64,000 nucleotides of DNA from contig JAMLID010000002.1 in assembly GCA_023954355.1 (NCBI GenBank), positions 1,130-65,129 on the forward strand, given 5' to 3'. The notes under the pieces are model-generated. The model saw nothing but the letters and a program-made list of their open reading frames with translations, was not told where the DNA came from and did not search any database. Positions within the stretch are counted from its first letter, which is position 1; every line of letters begins with the position of its first letter. Source of the DNA: Oligoflexia bacterium. Lineage in GTDB: Bacteria; Bdellovibrionota; UBA1018; CAIPTA01. Below, piece after piece: positions 40,850-52,127 of the stretch. The position numbers and the translations under genes were made by a program.

Positions 40850-42765
40850 TGAGTTTTCAGTTAGACGCAAAATGTCCTTCAGGTCCTATTGAAACAAGGT
40901 GGCAGAATCATAAATTTAATGTGAAGTTGGTGAACCCTGCTAATAAAAGAAAATTCTCGGTGATTGTTGTAGGTACTGGCTTAGCTGGTGCCTCGGCAGC
41001 GGCATCACTTTCTGAGCTAGGGTACAAAGTGAAAGCTTTTTGTATTCATGATTCTCCAAGACGAGCACACTCCATTGCTGCTCAGGGGGGAGTCAATGCC
41101 GCAAAAAACTATCAAAATGATGGAGACTCTGTATATCGACTTTTTTACGATACAGTAAAGGGTGGCGATTTTCGTTCTAGAGAGTCTAATGTGTATCGGC
41201 TTGCTGAGATTTCGTCGGCAATTATTGATCATTCTGTGGCGCTTGGGGTGCCTTTCGCGCGAGAATACGGTGGAACATTAGCAAACCGTTCTTTTGGTGG
41301 TGCGCAAGTATCTCGAACATTTTATGCCAGAGGGCAAACCGGACAGCAACTTCTTCTAGGTGCATACTCGGCCATGAATAAAGAAATTGAATCTGGCGGT
41401 GTAGAACTTTATGCGCGAAGAGAAATGCTAGAGCTTGTGGTGATTGATGGTAAAGCAAGAGGTATCATCGCAAGAAACCTAGTTACTGGTGAGTTAGAAA
41501 AACATGCGGCAGATGCTGTGATATTAGCAACTGGTGGTTATGGACATGTCTTTTATCTTTCTACAAATGCGATGAATTCAAATGCTACAGCAGCATGGCG
41601 CTGTTATAAGCAGGGTGCCGGTTTTGCAAATCCTTGCTATACACAGATTCACCCAACATGTATTCCTGTGACTGGCACACATCAATCTAAGCTTACTCTT
41701 ATGAGTGAATCTCTAAGAAATGATGGTCGAGTATGGGTTCCGCAAAAAATAGGAGAAAGTCGTAAGCCTGAAGAGATTCCTGATACTGAGCGCGACTATT
41801 ATTTAGAAAGAATTTATCCATCATTTGGAAACCTGGCTCCAAGAGATGTATCTTCTCGGCAGGCAAAGTTTCGTTGTGATGAGGGCAGGGGCGTTGGTCC
41901 TTCAAAGCTTGCGGTATATTTAGATTTTAGAGATGCCATAAAGAGAGAAGGGGAAGATAAGGTTCGCGAAAAGTACGGTAATCTTTTTCAAATGTATGAA
42001 AAGATCACTGGAGAGAATCCTTATAAGCAGCCAATGAGAATTTATCCTGCGGTTCACTATACAATGGGGGGGCTCTGGGTTGATTATAATTTGATGAGTA
42101 CCATTCCTGGCCTTCATGTACTAGGAGAAGCAAATTTTTCTGATCATGGAGCCAACCGTCTTGGAGCATCAGCATTGATGCAAGGACTAGCCGATGGTTA
42201 TTTTGTGATTCCTGCAACATTGGGGCACTACTTTGCAAGTACAAAGTTAGAAAAAGTGACTACTGATCATGAAGCTTTCGGTGCAGCACAAAATCAACAG
42301 CAAGAAAAAGTTCAACAGCTTTTATCTATTAAGGGCGGCAAATCGGCTCTAGAGTTTCATCGAGATCTAGGTCAGATCATGTGGGATAAGTGTGGAATGA
42401 GCCGAAGTAAAGAGGGCTTAGAAAAAGCTATTTCTGAAATCCGAAATTTGAGAGAAGAATTTTGGCAAAATGTAAATGTTCCAGGAGATGCAAAAGATAT
42501 TAACCAAGAGTTAGAGCTTGCAAGCAGAGTTGGTGATTATTTAGAGCTTGGTGAGTTGATGTGTATGGATGCTAAGACTAGAGAAGAAAGCTGTGGCGGG
42601 CATTTTAGAGAAGAACACCAAGTGGATGGTGAGTGTAAGAGAGATGATGAGAATTTTTGCCACGCAGCTGTTTGGGAGTTTAAGGGAGACCAGCAACAAC
42701 CAGAGCGCCATAAAGAAGAGCTAAAATTTGAGTACGTAAAACTTGCAGTGAGAAGTTATAAGTAG
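40849..42765 (+). CDS. sdhA: Succinate dehydrogenase/fumarate reductase flavoprotein subunit
   Basis: [15 protein letters not shown] fold, HSIAAQGG covalent-FAD His, HYTMGG active site. Confidence 0.9.
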   Translation: MSFQLDAKCPSGPIETRWQNHKFNVKLVNPANKRKFSVIVVGTGLAGASAAASLSELGYKVKAFCIHDSPRRAHSIAAQGGVNAAKNYQNDGDSVYRLFYDTVKGGDFRSRESNVYRLAEISSAIIDHSVALGVPFAREYGGTLANRSFGGAQVSRTFYARGQTGQQLLLGAYSAMNKEIESGGVELYARREMLELVVIDGKARGIIARNLVTGELEKHAADAVILATGGYGHVFYLSTNAMNSNATAAWRCYKQGAGFANPCYTQIHPTCIPVTGTHQSKLTLMSESLRNDGRVWVPQKIGESRKPEEIPDTERDYYLERIYPSFGNLAPRDVSSRQAKFRCDEGRGVGPSKLAVYLDFRDAIKREGEDKVREKYGNLFQMYEKITGENPYKQPMRIYPAVHYTMGGLWVDYNLMSTIPGLHVLGEANFSDHGANRLGASALMQGLADGYFVIPATLGHYFASTKLEKVTTDHEAFGAAQNQQQEKVQQLLSIKGGKSALEFHRDLGQIMWDKCGMSRSKEGLEKAISEIRNLREEFWQNVNVPGDAKDINQELELASRVGDYLELGELMCMDAKTREESCGGHFREEHQVDGECKRDDENFCHAAVWEFKGDQQQPERHKEELKFEYVKLAVRSYK

Positions 42766-42774
42766 GAGGCTGTA

Positions 42775-43560
42775 GTGGAAAAGTCGATGAAAATTCATTT
42801 AAAAATTTGGCGGCAAAAAGGTCCTAGTGTCTCTGGTGGATTCGAAAACTATACAATGGAAAATGTTCTAGGAGACATGAGCTTTTTAGAAATGTTAGAT
42901 GAGCTAAATGTAAAGCTCGTAAAAGAAGGCAAAGAGCCAGTGGCTTTTGAGAGTGATTGTCGCGAAGGTATTTGTGGTTCTTGTAGTTTAGTGATCGATG
43001 GAAACCCGCATGGGCCTGAAAAAGCAACTACGGCATGCCAGCTATTTATGAGGCATTATCGTGATGGTGATACCATTACGGTAGAACCATTTCGGGCAAA
43101 GGCTTTTCCTCTACAAAAAGATTTAATTGTAGATCGCTCATCTTTTGATCGTATTCAGCAAGCAGGTGGATATTGTTCGGTTCGTGTAGGTAGTGCTGTA
43201 GATGCTAACGTAAATTTGATTAATAAAGAAAATGCGGACAGAGCTTTTGATGCTGCGACTTGTATTGGCTGCGGAGCTTGTGTTGCAGTTTGTAAAAATG
43301 CTTCTGCTATGCTTTTCGTATCGGCTAAAGTAGCTCAATTCGCTTTATTGCCTCAGGGACAGCCTGAAAGAGATTTACGAGCAAGAAATATGGTGGCGCA
43401 AATGGATGCCGAGGGGTTTGGAAACTGTACGAATACTAAGGCTTGCGAAGCTACGTGCCCGAAAGAAATTAAGGTAGAAAATATTCGTATGCTAAATCGT
43501 GAATACGCTAGAGCAAAAATAGTAGAACGCCCGTTAAATGCAAAAGCTCAAGATAGCTAA
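42775..43560 (+). CDS. sdhB: Succinate dehydrogenase/fumarate reductase iron-sulfur subunit
   Basis: CREGICGSC [2Fe-2S], CIGCGAC [4Fe-4S] and CPK [3Fe-4S] motifs. Confidence 0.85.
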   Translation: MEKSMKIHLKIWRQKGPSVSGGFENYTMENVLGDMSFLEMLDELNVKLVKEGKEPVAFESDCREGICGSCSLVIDGNPHGPEKATTACQLFMRHYRDGDTITVEPFRAKAFPLQKDLIVDRSSFDRIQQAGGYCSVRVGSAVDANVNLINKENADRAFDAATCIGCGACVAVCKNASAMLFVSAKVAQFALLPQGQPERDLRARNMVAQMDAEGFGNCTNTKACEATCPKEIKVENIRMLNREYARAKIVERPLNAKAQDS

Positions 43561-43685
43561 GAAAGTAGCTTTTTATTGCAGGTATACTCATTTTTGACTG
43601 TCTCCACGTAGAGACAGTTAAGGTCAAAAAATCAATGATTTTTGTTTATTTTTAGCCCTTTGTTTACAGCTAAGGTATAATATTA

Positions 43686-44609
43686 GTGATGGGGTCTTTC
43701 AGGGGAAAATATCAAGTCTTTGTTTTTCTTTTTGTTTTAATGCCAGCATTTTTATTTGCTGCTGATGAAGAGCCTATCGCGCAGTACCCAGATTGGAAAG
43801 TGAAAGAGATAGAAGAGGGAGCAGCAGAGTATAGGGCTGGTACTTCTTTTTATTCTTTAATCCCTCCAGACGGAAGAAGACCAATTGTGGTAGATAGTGT
43901 AATGGTTCTTCGAATGGAATCTGGTCTTATGCACCCAGAAATAGTTTACAATAGTAGAAAACCAAAAAAGGCTGGATCAAGGTTAGCCGGCAGTTCTGGA
44001 GATAAATCTAATAAATCAGGCTCTTCAGGTACTGGCTCAGGGGAAGAAGGTGGTGATGCTAGCGGTGCTTCAGGTGAGGGTGGTGGCGAGGCAGCAGGAT
44101 TAGCTGGAGGCGCTGGTGGCGGTACTTCTGGTAGTGGTGGAGGTAGCGCTGGAGGTGGTCCTGGTGGCATAAATGGTAGTGCTAGTGGCGGTTATGGATC
44201 TGGTAGTAATTTTGCTGGTAGCAGCAATAACAGTGCTTTTGGTCCATCTGGTAGTAGTGGGAGTTCTTCATTTGGAGGGTCTAGTTCAAATAGTAGAAGT
44301 AATGCAAATAACTCCAATTATAAAGTAGCTCCTGGCAGCTTTAGTGTATCTAGCTCTAGTAATAATTCATCTGGTTCAAGTAGTAGCGGAGGATATTATA
44401 ATCCTAGTTCTGGAACATTTTCTGGTGGAGCTGGTTCTTCTAAAACAGGGGTTCTCTCTGGTTCAGCTTATCGAAGCCCTTCTAGTGCTAGTGGTAGAGG
44501 TAGCGGACATGATTATTTAACTGGTGTGAATCAAGGTGCAGCCCAATCTGCTGCTGGCATTGGTTCAAAAGCCGGAAAATATATTAATAAGACTCAGTCT
44601 GGAAACTAG
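43686..44609 (+). CDS. Secreted Gly/Ser-rich low-complexity protein
   Basis: Signal peptide. More than 50 percent G/S/A/N. Confidence 0.5.
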   Translation: MMGSFRGKYQVFVFLFVLMPAFLFAADEEPIAQYPDWKVKEIEEGAAEYRAGTSFYSLIPPDGRRPIVVDSVMVLRMESGLMHPEIVYNSRKPKKAGSRLAGSSGDKSNKSGSSGTGSGEEGGDASGASGEGGGEAAGLAGGAGGGTSGSGGGSAGGGPGGINGSASGGYGSGSNFAGSSNNSAFGPSGSSGSSSFGGSSSNSRSNANNSNYKVAPGSFSVSSSSNNSSGSSSSGGYYNPSSGTFSGGAGSSKTGVLSGSAYRSPSSASGRGSGHDYLTGVNQGAAQSAAGIGSKAGKYINKTQSGN

Positions 44610-46005
44610 CTTCTTTCGACTCATCTATGTTTAGTAAGGGAAGAAAATATCTTAAAATTTCTCTACGATTTTTATCAAACCATAAGTTACCAATATGGCC
44701 ACCTCTTGGATATAAAACTAAGTTTTTAGGAGTCTCTTTTAAGAGGAAATTAAAGTGAGATTCACTTACTAAAAAGTCATCAGAGTTGTGTAAGATTTTA
44801 ATGTTTGGATTGTTTTTTATAAAAGGGAGAATGGCTGCAAGGCCAGATGCTTCATCGAGAGATTTAAAGTCAGTGATAATTGTTTCTTTAGTTTTCAAAT
44901 AGGGAAGTAGTACAAGCTTTAAGTAATCACTAAAATTAATATTTCCAGATTTTTCTATGCGGTTAGCAACCCAATTAGGGTTGTCTTTTTTGCCAAGAAT
45001 ACCAAGGTCGAAAACCTCTTGAGTAGCAAAAATCATTTTTGTTAAAAAATCTCGCATAGAATTACCTATGGCATAAGCAAGTTCTTCTTGTTTAAGGGGT
45101 AAGCGATTTTGAATATCTAGAAAGTAATCTGGGCTATGAATGTCTCGAAAGCTGATAGCCTTTAGGGCAAAGATATATAGTTCTCTTTCAATCTCTTTTC
45201 TTCTTTCATTAGAAAACTGGTTTCGATTTAAATAAAGTTCATCCAGTTTTTGTATTCCATAAACTACAGAATAAGGGGGGTTTATAAGGAGATTTTTTTT
45301 GAATCCAATAGCACCTTCTTCTTGATCTAGTTTATAAACGTAAGCTGCCTCTAGTGCCCCCATGCTTACACCTAATAAACCTACATCTGAAAATTGCACT
45401 CCTTTTCGTTGAATTTTTGCCAATGCTTTTTTCATGACCAGATAAAGGTCTTTCGCATCTTCTTTGGTAATACCGGGATATCCAGTTTTGCTTGATGTAA
45501 AAGCAAACTGCCAATGAAAAGGAGACGGAATAACTAATAAATGAAAGCCCAACTTATAGAAGTGATAAGTAAGATAGTTATAATAAGGAACAGAAGAGTC
45601 TCCCCCAAGACCAGAGATCATCAGAATAATGGGAGCCTTTTTTTCTTGTGCCCAGAGGCGTAAGGATAAAAAATTCTTATCTTTGCCGTAGTATTTATTG
45701 TTATTTCTTTCTTCCAGACCAGGGATTCGGATTTCTCTAGACTGAACCGTAGAGTCTTTACTGTCGCCTTTCATAATGGCAGCAGTGATTGTTGCGTAGT
45801 AGGGATTGTCGTATGGAAAGTCGTAGATATGACTTTCTTCTTTAGCTATTGAGCTAAGTGTAAGCCATGGTGCTAGACCTAAAAGCGCTATCGATATTGC
45901 TATACCCCTCATGATGACGGTATGTGTAAGGGCTAGGAGGGTAATAGTCAAATTTTTTGTAAGTAGGCCTTTAATCGCGATTATTAAAATATATAATAAT
46001 ATCAA
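44584..46005 (-). CDS. Secreted alpha/beta-hydrolase-fold protein (esterase or lipase-like)
   Basis: Signal peptide. GVSMG nucleophile elbow (GxSxG). Confidence 0.5.
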   Translation of the reverse strand: MILLYILIIAIKGLLTKNLTITLLALTHTVIMRGIAISIALLGLAPWLTLSSIAKEESHIYDFPYDNPYYATITAAIMKGDSKDSTVQSREIRIPGLEERNNNKYYGKDKNFLSLRLWAQEKKAPIILMISGLGGDSSVPYYNYLTYHFYKLGFHLLVIPSPFHWQFAFTSSKTGYPGITKEDAKDLYLVMKKALAKIQRKGVQFSDVGLLGVSMGALEAAYVYKLDQEEGAIGFKKNLLINPPYSVVYGIQKLDELYLNRNQFSNERRKEIERELYIFALKAISFRDIHSPDYFLDIQNRLPLKQEELAYAIGNSMRDFLTKMIFATQEVFDLGILGKKDNPNWVANRIEKSGNINFSDYLKLVLLPYLKTKETIITDFKSLDEASGLAAILPFIKNNPNIKILHNSDDFLVSESHFNFLLKETPKNLVLYPRGGHIGNLWFDKNRREILRYFLPLLNIDESKEASFQTESY

Positions 46006-46088
46006 TTACTTAATTTATATTGTTGATGTAAGTGCGTGTTCTAGTGGCTATACCAGAAAAAGAATTAGGCCTATGATAAAGAGAAGCT

Positions 46089-46817
46089 ATGAAATGCCTC
46101 CTATGTCAGTCAGAAATTCAAGAATTCCTTTCTTACGGAATACCAACAAAAGTAGGAAAGTGCCCAGAGTGTGGAGCAAAGCCTAGACATCGTGAGCTTG
46201 CCTGGTTTTTTATAGAAAAAATTAACCTTCCTGATGGATTCAAAGCTTTAGAGGTAGGGCCCTCAAAAGTTTCAACAAGAAAGTTTCTCAAATTACCAAA
46301 GTTCTCGAATGGAAAGTATACAGCAATTGATATTCGTTCTTTAAAACATCATGAATCTATTGCTTTACCTCATCGATTTATGAACATGGATGCAACTAAA
46401 ATGTCGTTTTCTGATTCTTGTTTTGACATTATTTTTTGCAATCACGTTTTGCCTTTCATTCGTTCAGATTACCAAGCAATTGCTGAAATTCATCGATGTC
46501 TAAAGGCTGATGGCATTGCTATTTTGAACACAAGCATTGAACTGGAAAAAACACTTCGATCTGAACAAGCAAGAGAGCTGTATCCAGAGAAGTATTCAAA
46601 AGAGTTTTTAGCAGAAAATGGCACTGAGTGGATATATGGAGATGATTTTTTTGAAAGAATAGAGGCAGCTGGTTTTTTTTATGAAAGAGTTCGAATAGAC
46701 CAGATGCTTCCTATTGAAAAAATCGAAGAAAATAAAATGCGCCCTCAGGGAGAGCTTTTTCTTTGTTTTAAATTTCAAGAAGCAAAAACTAAATTTTTAG
46801 AAAAACTATATGGATAA
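46089..46817 (+). CDS. Class I SAM-dependent methyltransferase with N-terminal zinc-ribbon (CxxC...CxxC)
   Basis: CLLCQ...CPECG. LEVGPS motif I-like. Confidence 0.55.
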   Translation: MKCLLCQSEIQEFLSYGIPTKVGKCPECGAKPRHRELAWFFIEKINLPDGFKALEVGPSKVSTRKFLKLPKFSNGKYTAIDIRSLKHHESIALPHRFMNMDATKMSFSDSCFDIIFCNHVLPFIRSDYQAIAEIHRCLKADGIAILNTSIELEKTLRSEQARELYPEKYSKEFLAENGTEWIYGDDFFERIEAAGFFYERVRIDQMLPIEKIEENKMRPQGELFLCFKFQEAKTKFLEKLYG

Positions 46818-47211
46818 ACAAGCACACCAGATTGTATTTTTTGATGGAGTCTGTAATCTTTGTAACGGCTTTATTGATTTTCTCATTTCAAGAGATTCAG
46901 AAGGCATATTTCAAGTAGCATCTTTACAGGGAGTGACTGCAAGAAGTTACGTTAGCCAATCAGCAAGAGATGACCTTCAATCTGTAGTATTATGGGCTCA
47001 GGGGCAAACCTATTCTCAATCTGATGCCATTTTGATGATTTTGCCTCAACTAGGAGGCGGCTGGTTTTTTATGAAGATGTTTTGGATTTTTCCAAAATTT
47101 ATTCGTGATTTTTTCTATCAACTTATTGCTAAGAATCGTTATCGTTTGTTTGGTAAAAAAGAGAGTTGTCGTTTGCCTACGAGAGAAGAGCGTAGCAGAT
47201 TCTTAGATTAA
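46810..47211 (+). CDS. DCC-family thiol-disulfide oxidoreductase (DUF393)
   Basis: FFDGVCNLCNGFIDFL matches the DCC motif. Confidence 0.7.
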   Translation: MDKQAHQIVFFDGVCNLCNGFIDFLISRDSEGIFQVASLQGVTARSYVSQSARDDLQSVVLWAQGQTYSQSDAILMILPQLGGGWFFMKMFWIFPKFIRDFFYQLIAKNRYRLFGKKESCRLPTREERSRFLD

Positions 47212-47221
47212 TATAGACTAT

Positions 47222-48343
47222 CTAGAAATTGAATGGCCTGTGAGCTCTTTGCAAGCCAAACCATTCTTCAAGGCTTGAAGTCGGTTTTCCTTCTTCATCA
47301 TATTCGATAAGAGCAAAAGTAAGTTTTGTAGATTGACCTAGATTTCTAAGATCTAAGTTAATCATCCTAGTCCAAGTTCCTGTATTGATATAGGTCTTTC
47401 CATCTCGATAATATCTTTGCATTGGGCCATGTGTGTGACCAAAAATCACAGTGTGAACTTGAGGATTTTTATCCAAAATTTCTTTTGCATCATCTTCTAA
47501 GCCATGAAACGGCGTTATCTCTTCTCTCATAATGGCTAAAGTGTTTCCTATGGTAGCTCTTCGTTTGGGGCTGTATAAAAAGCGCGTATGCAAAAAGTAA
47601 AATGTAGATAGAATAAAAAATTTGAATGTAAAAATAGGATCAAAAATAAAACCAAAAAGCATGAATACCTTTGCAGGCTTTACTTTATCAATATAATCAC
47701 GTTCCCATTTTAGACGATTAATAATTTTTATTACGTAGACAGATCCCCAGGGTAGGTAAAGTATGGGTTCTGGTAAATTGTCTTCTAAAAAAGGTTTAGA
47801 GTAGTTGGTAGTATGAACCGCTTCAAATTGATTTCCGTGGTGAATTTGAATACCTTCTGGGTAGTCTAAAAATTCGGTCTCAGTATTAACCCAAATTTTT
47901 TCTTTGGTCCAGCCGTCTCCACCTATTGTTTTACAAAACAATTCTTTAACAGCTGGAAAAAAGAATTCCATATCATGATTGCCAACGTTGTATAAAATTC
48001 GTTTTCCTGGTTTAGAAACAAAAGTTTGTAAGGCTGCAATTACTTCGTGGTGGCCCTGAAATATAGCTTGTAATTTTTCTAGGGCAGTTTCTTCGGTGAC
48101 GATATCTAAAAAGTCACCTTGGACAGGAACATTTAAAAAATCAAAAACATCGCCGTTTAAAATTAATTCTACTTCGCAGTGTTCACCGTACGGGCCACTT
48201 GAAAAATATTCTAAAAATTCACAGAATTCTCTGTCAAAGAAAAAGTCTTCATGTGGGTTTTGAATTCCATCTACAAACCGACCAGCAGATAAGTGCATAT
48301 CGCTGGTTATAACTTTTATTTTCTTTCGTTTGTATCGATCCAT
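47222..48343 (-). CDS. Calcineurin-like metallophosphoesterase
   Basis: GDVFDFLN, GNHDMEF and GHTHGP motifs. Confidence 0.65.
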   Translation of the reverse strand: MDRYKRKKIKVITSDMHLSAGRFVDGIQNPHEDFFFDREFCEFLEYFSSGPYGEHCEVELILNGDVFDFLNVPVQGDFLDIVTEETALEKLQAIFQGHHEVIAALQTFVSKPGKRILYNVGNHDMEFFFPAVKELFCKTIGGDGWTKEKIWVNTETEFLDYPEGIQIHHGNQFEAVHTTNYSKPFLEDNLPEPILYLPWGSVYVIKIINRLKWERDYIDKVKPAKVFMLFGFIFDPIFTFKFFILSTFYFLHTRFLYSPKRRATIGNTLAIMREEITPFHGLEDDAKEILDKNPQVHTVIFGHTHGPMQRYYRDGKTYINTGTWTRMINLDLRNLGQSTKLTFALIEYDEEGKPTSSLEEWFGLQRAHRPFNF

Positions 48344-48352
48344 ACAAAACTA

Positions 48353-49060
48353 TCATACCTTGTTGTTGCTATACTCGTGAATTTTTTTGTTTTGAAATAA
48401 TAGAAATCTATTACAGAAAGAATGTAAAATTTGATCGTCGTGAGAGGTGATTAAAATGGTTTTTCCGTCAGCCTGCCATTTTTTACAGGTTTCTAGAAAT
48501 TGTGTTTTAAAATCTATGTCTATATGGTTGAGGCTTTCGTCTAACAATAAAATATCAAACGAAGCTAATTGTAGACAAGCAAGTGGTATTTTTGCTCTCA
48601 TTCCTTCAGATAGCTGGCTTGTAGGGCTAAGTAATCGCTCGCTTAGACCAGCAATTTTTGCACATTCTAAAACCCGTTCTTCGGCTTCTTTGGCTTTGTA
48701 ACCAAATAATTGTAAACAGATTTGAAAATTCTTTTTTACCATTATGTCTTCGTATGCTCCAAATCCATGTGTTAATAATGCTAGTAGTTTTCCATCTACA
48801 AATAGATTACCAGAGTCAGCAACAGAGTTACCTGCTATGCATTTCAATAAAGTACTTTTACCCGAGCCATTTTTGCCAACTAAACCAACGCATTCACCTT
48901 TTTGAATAGAGATATTAATGTCTTCTAATACCGAAAAAGAAGGTTTATGCTGGCCAAGGGTTCTTATTAATTGTGCAATCGATCGAAAGAGTCCCGATTG
49001 TATGTAAAACGATTTATTTAGGTGTTGAATTTCTAAAGAGAGATTGCTTGCTGTATTCAT
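48353..49060 (-). CDS. ABC transporter ATP-binding protein, polysaccharide/O-antigen exporter (Wzt/KpsT) type
   Basis: Walker A GKNGSGKST, signature LSEGMRAKI, Walker B LLLDE. Confidence 0.8.
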   Translation of the reverse strand: MNTASNLSLEIQHLNKSFYIQSGLFRSIAQLIRTLGQHKPSFSVLEDINISIQKGECVGLVGKNGSGKSTLLKCIAGNSVADSGNLFVDGKLLALLTHGFGAYEDIMVKKNFQICLQLFGYKAKEAEERVLECAKIAGLSERLLSPTSQLSEGMRAKIPLACLQLASFDILLLDESLNHIDIDFKTQFLETCKKWQADGKTILITSHDDQILHSFCNRFLLFQNKKIHEYSNNKV

Positions 49061-49843
49061 TTATAGACAATCTCCAATTTTTCTCTCTGATTTTCGGAAG
49101 ATAAAGTATCCAAATAAAAAGACAGCAATAGATCCTAGAAAGATTTTTGCCATCGATAGAGGTACATCAAAACCATTTGCTCCGACGATATCTCTTATCC
49201 AGAGCATAAAAATAGTGAAGGGGTTCCATGAAAAAATGATGTCTGCCCATTTGCTACTGAAATGAGCCGGTAGATAAAAGATAGGCGTAGCAAAAGAGAG
49301 TAAGCGAAACATTATGTTCCAAAACGGAACAATATTTTTATGCACAACGCCAATGAAAGCAAAAATAAATCCTAGGCCTGCACAGAAAAAGTATTCAGAA
49401 AGTATTAATATAGGAATCTGAAAAAATTTTTCTCTAGGAAACATTTGAAAATACGCAGCTATGCATAAAATCAAACTAAGTTCTATAATGTAGGGGACAA
49501 ATACAGCGGCTGTTCTTGCTAAAATAAGAATTTCTTTTGGAAAGCTATACCCCATTACTAGTTTTTGACGATAGACCAGACTGCCAAATCCGGCAAGCGA
49601 GGCATTCATATAGAGATTCCATTGAACAATGCCTAAGAGTAAATAGACCCATGGGTTTGGTACGCCATGAAGAAAACGCTCTACGAATAAAGTATGAAAA
49701 ACTAAGAGCATCACGACATTATTGCAAAATGCTAAAGTAAAACCTAAAACGGTTCCTTGCTCCATGAGTGAAAATTCATTTTTAGCGAGCGTATAGCCTA
49801 AATTTAGTGACCAAGGATTTCCTAGAGATTGAAAGCGCTTCAT
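49061..49843 (-). CDS. ABC-2 type transporter permease (Wzm/KpsM-like)
   Basis: Six TM helices. Translationally coupled to the ATPase. Confidence 0.65.
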   Translation of the reverse strand: MKRFQSLGNPWSLNLGYTLAKNEFSLMEQGTVLGFTLAFCNNVVMLLVFHTLFVERFLHGVPNPWVYLLLGIVQWNLYMNASLAGFGSLVYRQKLVMGYSFPKEILILARTAAVFVPYIIELSLILCIAAYFQMFPREKFFQIPILILSEYFFCAGLGFIFAFIGVVHKNIVPFWNIMFRLLSFATPIFYLPAHFSSKWADIIFSWNPFTIFMLWIRDIVGANGFDVPLSMAKIFLGSIAVFLFGYFIFRKSERKIGDCL

Positions 49844-50899
49844 TTAGTCTTGATTCTCTTTGTTCATAAATTGAATAATATGGTTCGCATTTTTTTCACT
49901 ATTATCAGATAGGTGGATTTCATAAACTTTTGCTCTTGCAATAGCAGAACTCATGCTTAAGCTTCTTGAGAGTGCTGGTTTGGTGAGACCAATAAGTGAT
50001 TTCGCGCCATTTGATAATACGAGCTCGACGACTTGTGGTAACCCAAGGCCGACTACTAAATCTCTAAAAAGTGGTAGGGCTGCAGCACTCTTTTTAGAGC
50101 GAACGATCTTGGGTTCATTTAAAGTGCCGTGACGGATTCCTATAAAAATATGTTTAAGCGGAGCTTTATCTGTAGGTCTAGGTAAATTTTCTTCAGAAAG
50201 GCTTAAGGTAGAAACTAAAATTTTATCTCCATGTTTTCTTCTTGAAAACTCTCTGGTGCGTTCTTTCCATTCGTTTGGCAGGTTGGTGCCCTTTTTAAAA
50301 GAAAGAGAAAGTGGGAATGGGCGCAATCTACCCAGGCGGTCTATGATAGGACAATCATCAGAAAAAAGTCGTATACCTTCTTGAGAGACTAAGTGTTTTG
50401 CTAATGAGCTTTTTCCGCCTCCACTTGGGAGTAAAAATATAGCACCATGATTATTTTTATTCGCAATACCTAGTGCATGGATGCGGTGTAAACCCATTTG
50501 ATCTAAAAATTTTCCAATTTCAGTTTGCAAAAATAAATAGCTTATTTCTATTGCTAGATTGGTATTCTGCGATACGAGTGTTCCCGTACATGAGTTTATA
50601 TCTCTTTCGACAGTAAGTAATAGATCGTCTCCGTATTGAAAAACTTCTTTTTGCGAAAATTCAAATTTTATACATTCTGGAAATATTTTTGTAGCTGGTG
50701 CGTTAGGTTTTTCGCTGGGATCAATCGCACGTTCTTCTGTCTGAAGTTTTAGGTGAAACTTTGCATTGCCTTTCTTTTCAATTCGGTTAGTGAAATAGTC
50801 AAAATCAAAGGCTAGGGTTTTCCCGATTTTTCCTTCTAGAGATACGGATATTGAGTGTAAATCAAATCGTATGGGTGTAGTCTGAACAAGAGTATTCAT
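49844..50899 (-). CDS. HPr-kinase-related P-loop kinase (HprK C-terminal-domain homologue)
   Basis: GAIFLLPSGGGKSSLAKHLVSQEGIRLFSDDCPII follows the HprK pattern G.SG.GKS..A..L...G..L..DD...I. Confidence 0.6.
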   Translation of the reverse strand: MNTLVQTTPIRFDLHSISVSLEGKIGKTLAFDFDYFTNRIEKKGNAKFHLKLQTEERAIDPSEKPNAPATKIFPECIKFEFSQKEVFQYGDDLLLTVERDINSCTGTLVSQNTNLAIEISYLFLQTEIGKFLDQMGLHRIHALGIANKNNHGAIFLLPSGGGKSSLAKHLVSQEGIRLFSDDCPIIDRLGRLRPFPLSLSFKKGTNLPNEWKERTREFSRRKHGDKILVSTLSLSEENLPRPTDKAPLKHIFIGIRHGTLNEPKIVRSKKSAAALPLFRDLVVGLGLPQVVELVLSNGAKSLIGLTKPALSRSLSMSSAIARAKVYEIHLSDNSEKNANHIIQFMNKENQD

Positions 50900-50946
50900 T
50901 CCTAGAATTTAGGCCATGAGAACAAGGCTTTCAAGAAGGGAAACGC

Positions 50947-51975
50947 TTGGTAAAGAAAAAAAATCAAGAGAATCCGTCAATCAGTGTAGTGATGATTGCA
51001 CATAGAGATGTAGCACTCTTAAGGGCTGCGTTGACCTCAATCAAAAAACATTTTTTAAAGGGTAGATGGGAACTAATTCTAGTAAATAATGGTAATTATC
51101 CTGGAATTAGTGATGTGATTCAGTGGGCTGTGAACAACTTCACTCAAGAGGTAGTGGTTGTTGACACAAAAGAGACACAACCTGGTGCTGCTAGAAATCT
51201 CGGCGTTGCCAGAGCTAAGGGAAAAATTCTTTTATTTTTAGATGATGATATCGAATGCTTTTCTGATCTAGTCGCTGAAGTAGAGCAAATTTTTGAGCAA
51301 TATGCTATCTCGGTCGCTGGTGGTCCAAATTTAACTCCAAAAAATTCAAATTCTTTTCAAAAGGCTTCTGGATATGCCATGGAGTCTTTTTTTGGTGCTG
51401 GACCCATGTCTGCACGCTATGCAAAAAAGGGAGAAATGGAGTGTGACGAACATAGTCTAATTCTTTGTAATTTAGCGGTTCGTAGAGACGATTTTGTTCA
51501 GTTTAAAGGATTTCCCTTAGGGTTTGCCTCTAGTGAAGAAAATTACTTTATGCAGCAAGTGAGTTCGTCGGGCGGGGCAATGTTTTTCTCTGACCGTTTG
51601 GCCGTTTTTCACAAAAGAAGAGCAAACCTGAGTTCTTTTTTGCAGCAAATTGAAAAATACGCCCTAGGTAGAGCACAAAATTTATTAGTTTTTCCTCAGT
51701 CATTTTCTTTTTTGTATTTTATCCCTACTTTCTTTTTTTTCTATCTCATCTCTCTACCTTTCTTTAGAGAGCAAGCGTTCTACCTTTGGCCACTTTACAC
51801 CTATATGGGGCTTTCGTTTTTTAGTGCTATCAGCTTATGTTGGAGAAAAAAATCCATTTTAGCACTGGCTACATTTTTTCTCTTTCCGTTAATTCATATA
51901 GTGTACGGAAAAACCCTATTCATGGGTCTTTTATTTTGGTTTCGAAAAAGAAAGAGTTTAAATGCCCACGGTTAA
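50947..51975 (+). CDS. Family 2 glycosyltransferase with C-terminal transmembrane segment
   Basis: ISVVMIAH...LVNNG...DDD motifs. Four C-terminal TM helices. Confidence 0.7.
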   Translation: MVKKKNQENPSISVVMIAHRDVALLRAALTSIKKHFLKGRWELILVNNGNYPGISDVIQWAVNNFTQEVVVVDTKETQPGAARNLGVARAKGKILLFLDDDIECFSDLVAEVEQIFEQYAISVAGGPNLTPKNSNSFQKASGYAMESFFGAGPMSARYAKKGEMECDEHSLILCNLAVRRDDFVQFKGFPLGFASSEENYFMQQVSSSGGAMFFSDRLAVFHKRRANLSSFLQQIEKYALGRAQNLLVFPQSFSFLYFIPTFFFFYLISLPFFREQAFYLWPLYTYMGLSFFSAISLCWRKKSILALATFFLFPLIHIVYGKTLFMGLLFWFRKRKSLNAHG

Positions 51976-52127
51976 AAAAGCGGCGCTTACGTTTTTATTC
52001 GTAGCTTTTCTTTTGTGTGGATTTTATTGGATATACGTTGGCACGCAGTCGTTTGCATTTAAATTTGATTATATAACTAATATTTTAAGAAACAAAGGGT
52101 ATACGCTATTTAGATCATCCAAAAGCT

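Noticed and set aside
43561-43685. Inverted repeat actgtctc-cacgta-gagacagt downstream of sdhB, considered as a terminator or operator
   Set aside because: Not followed by a clear T-tract on either strand. It could be a weak terminator or a protein-binding palindrome, but the evidence is insufficient to call it.
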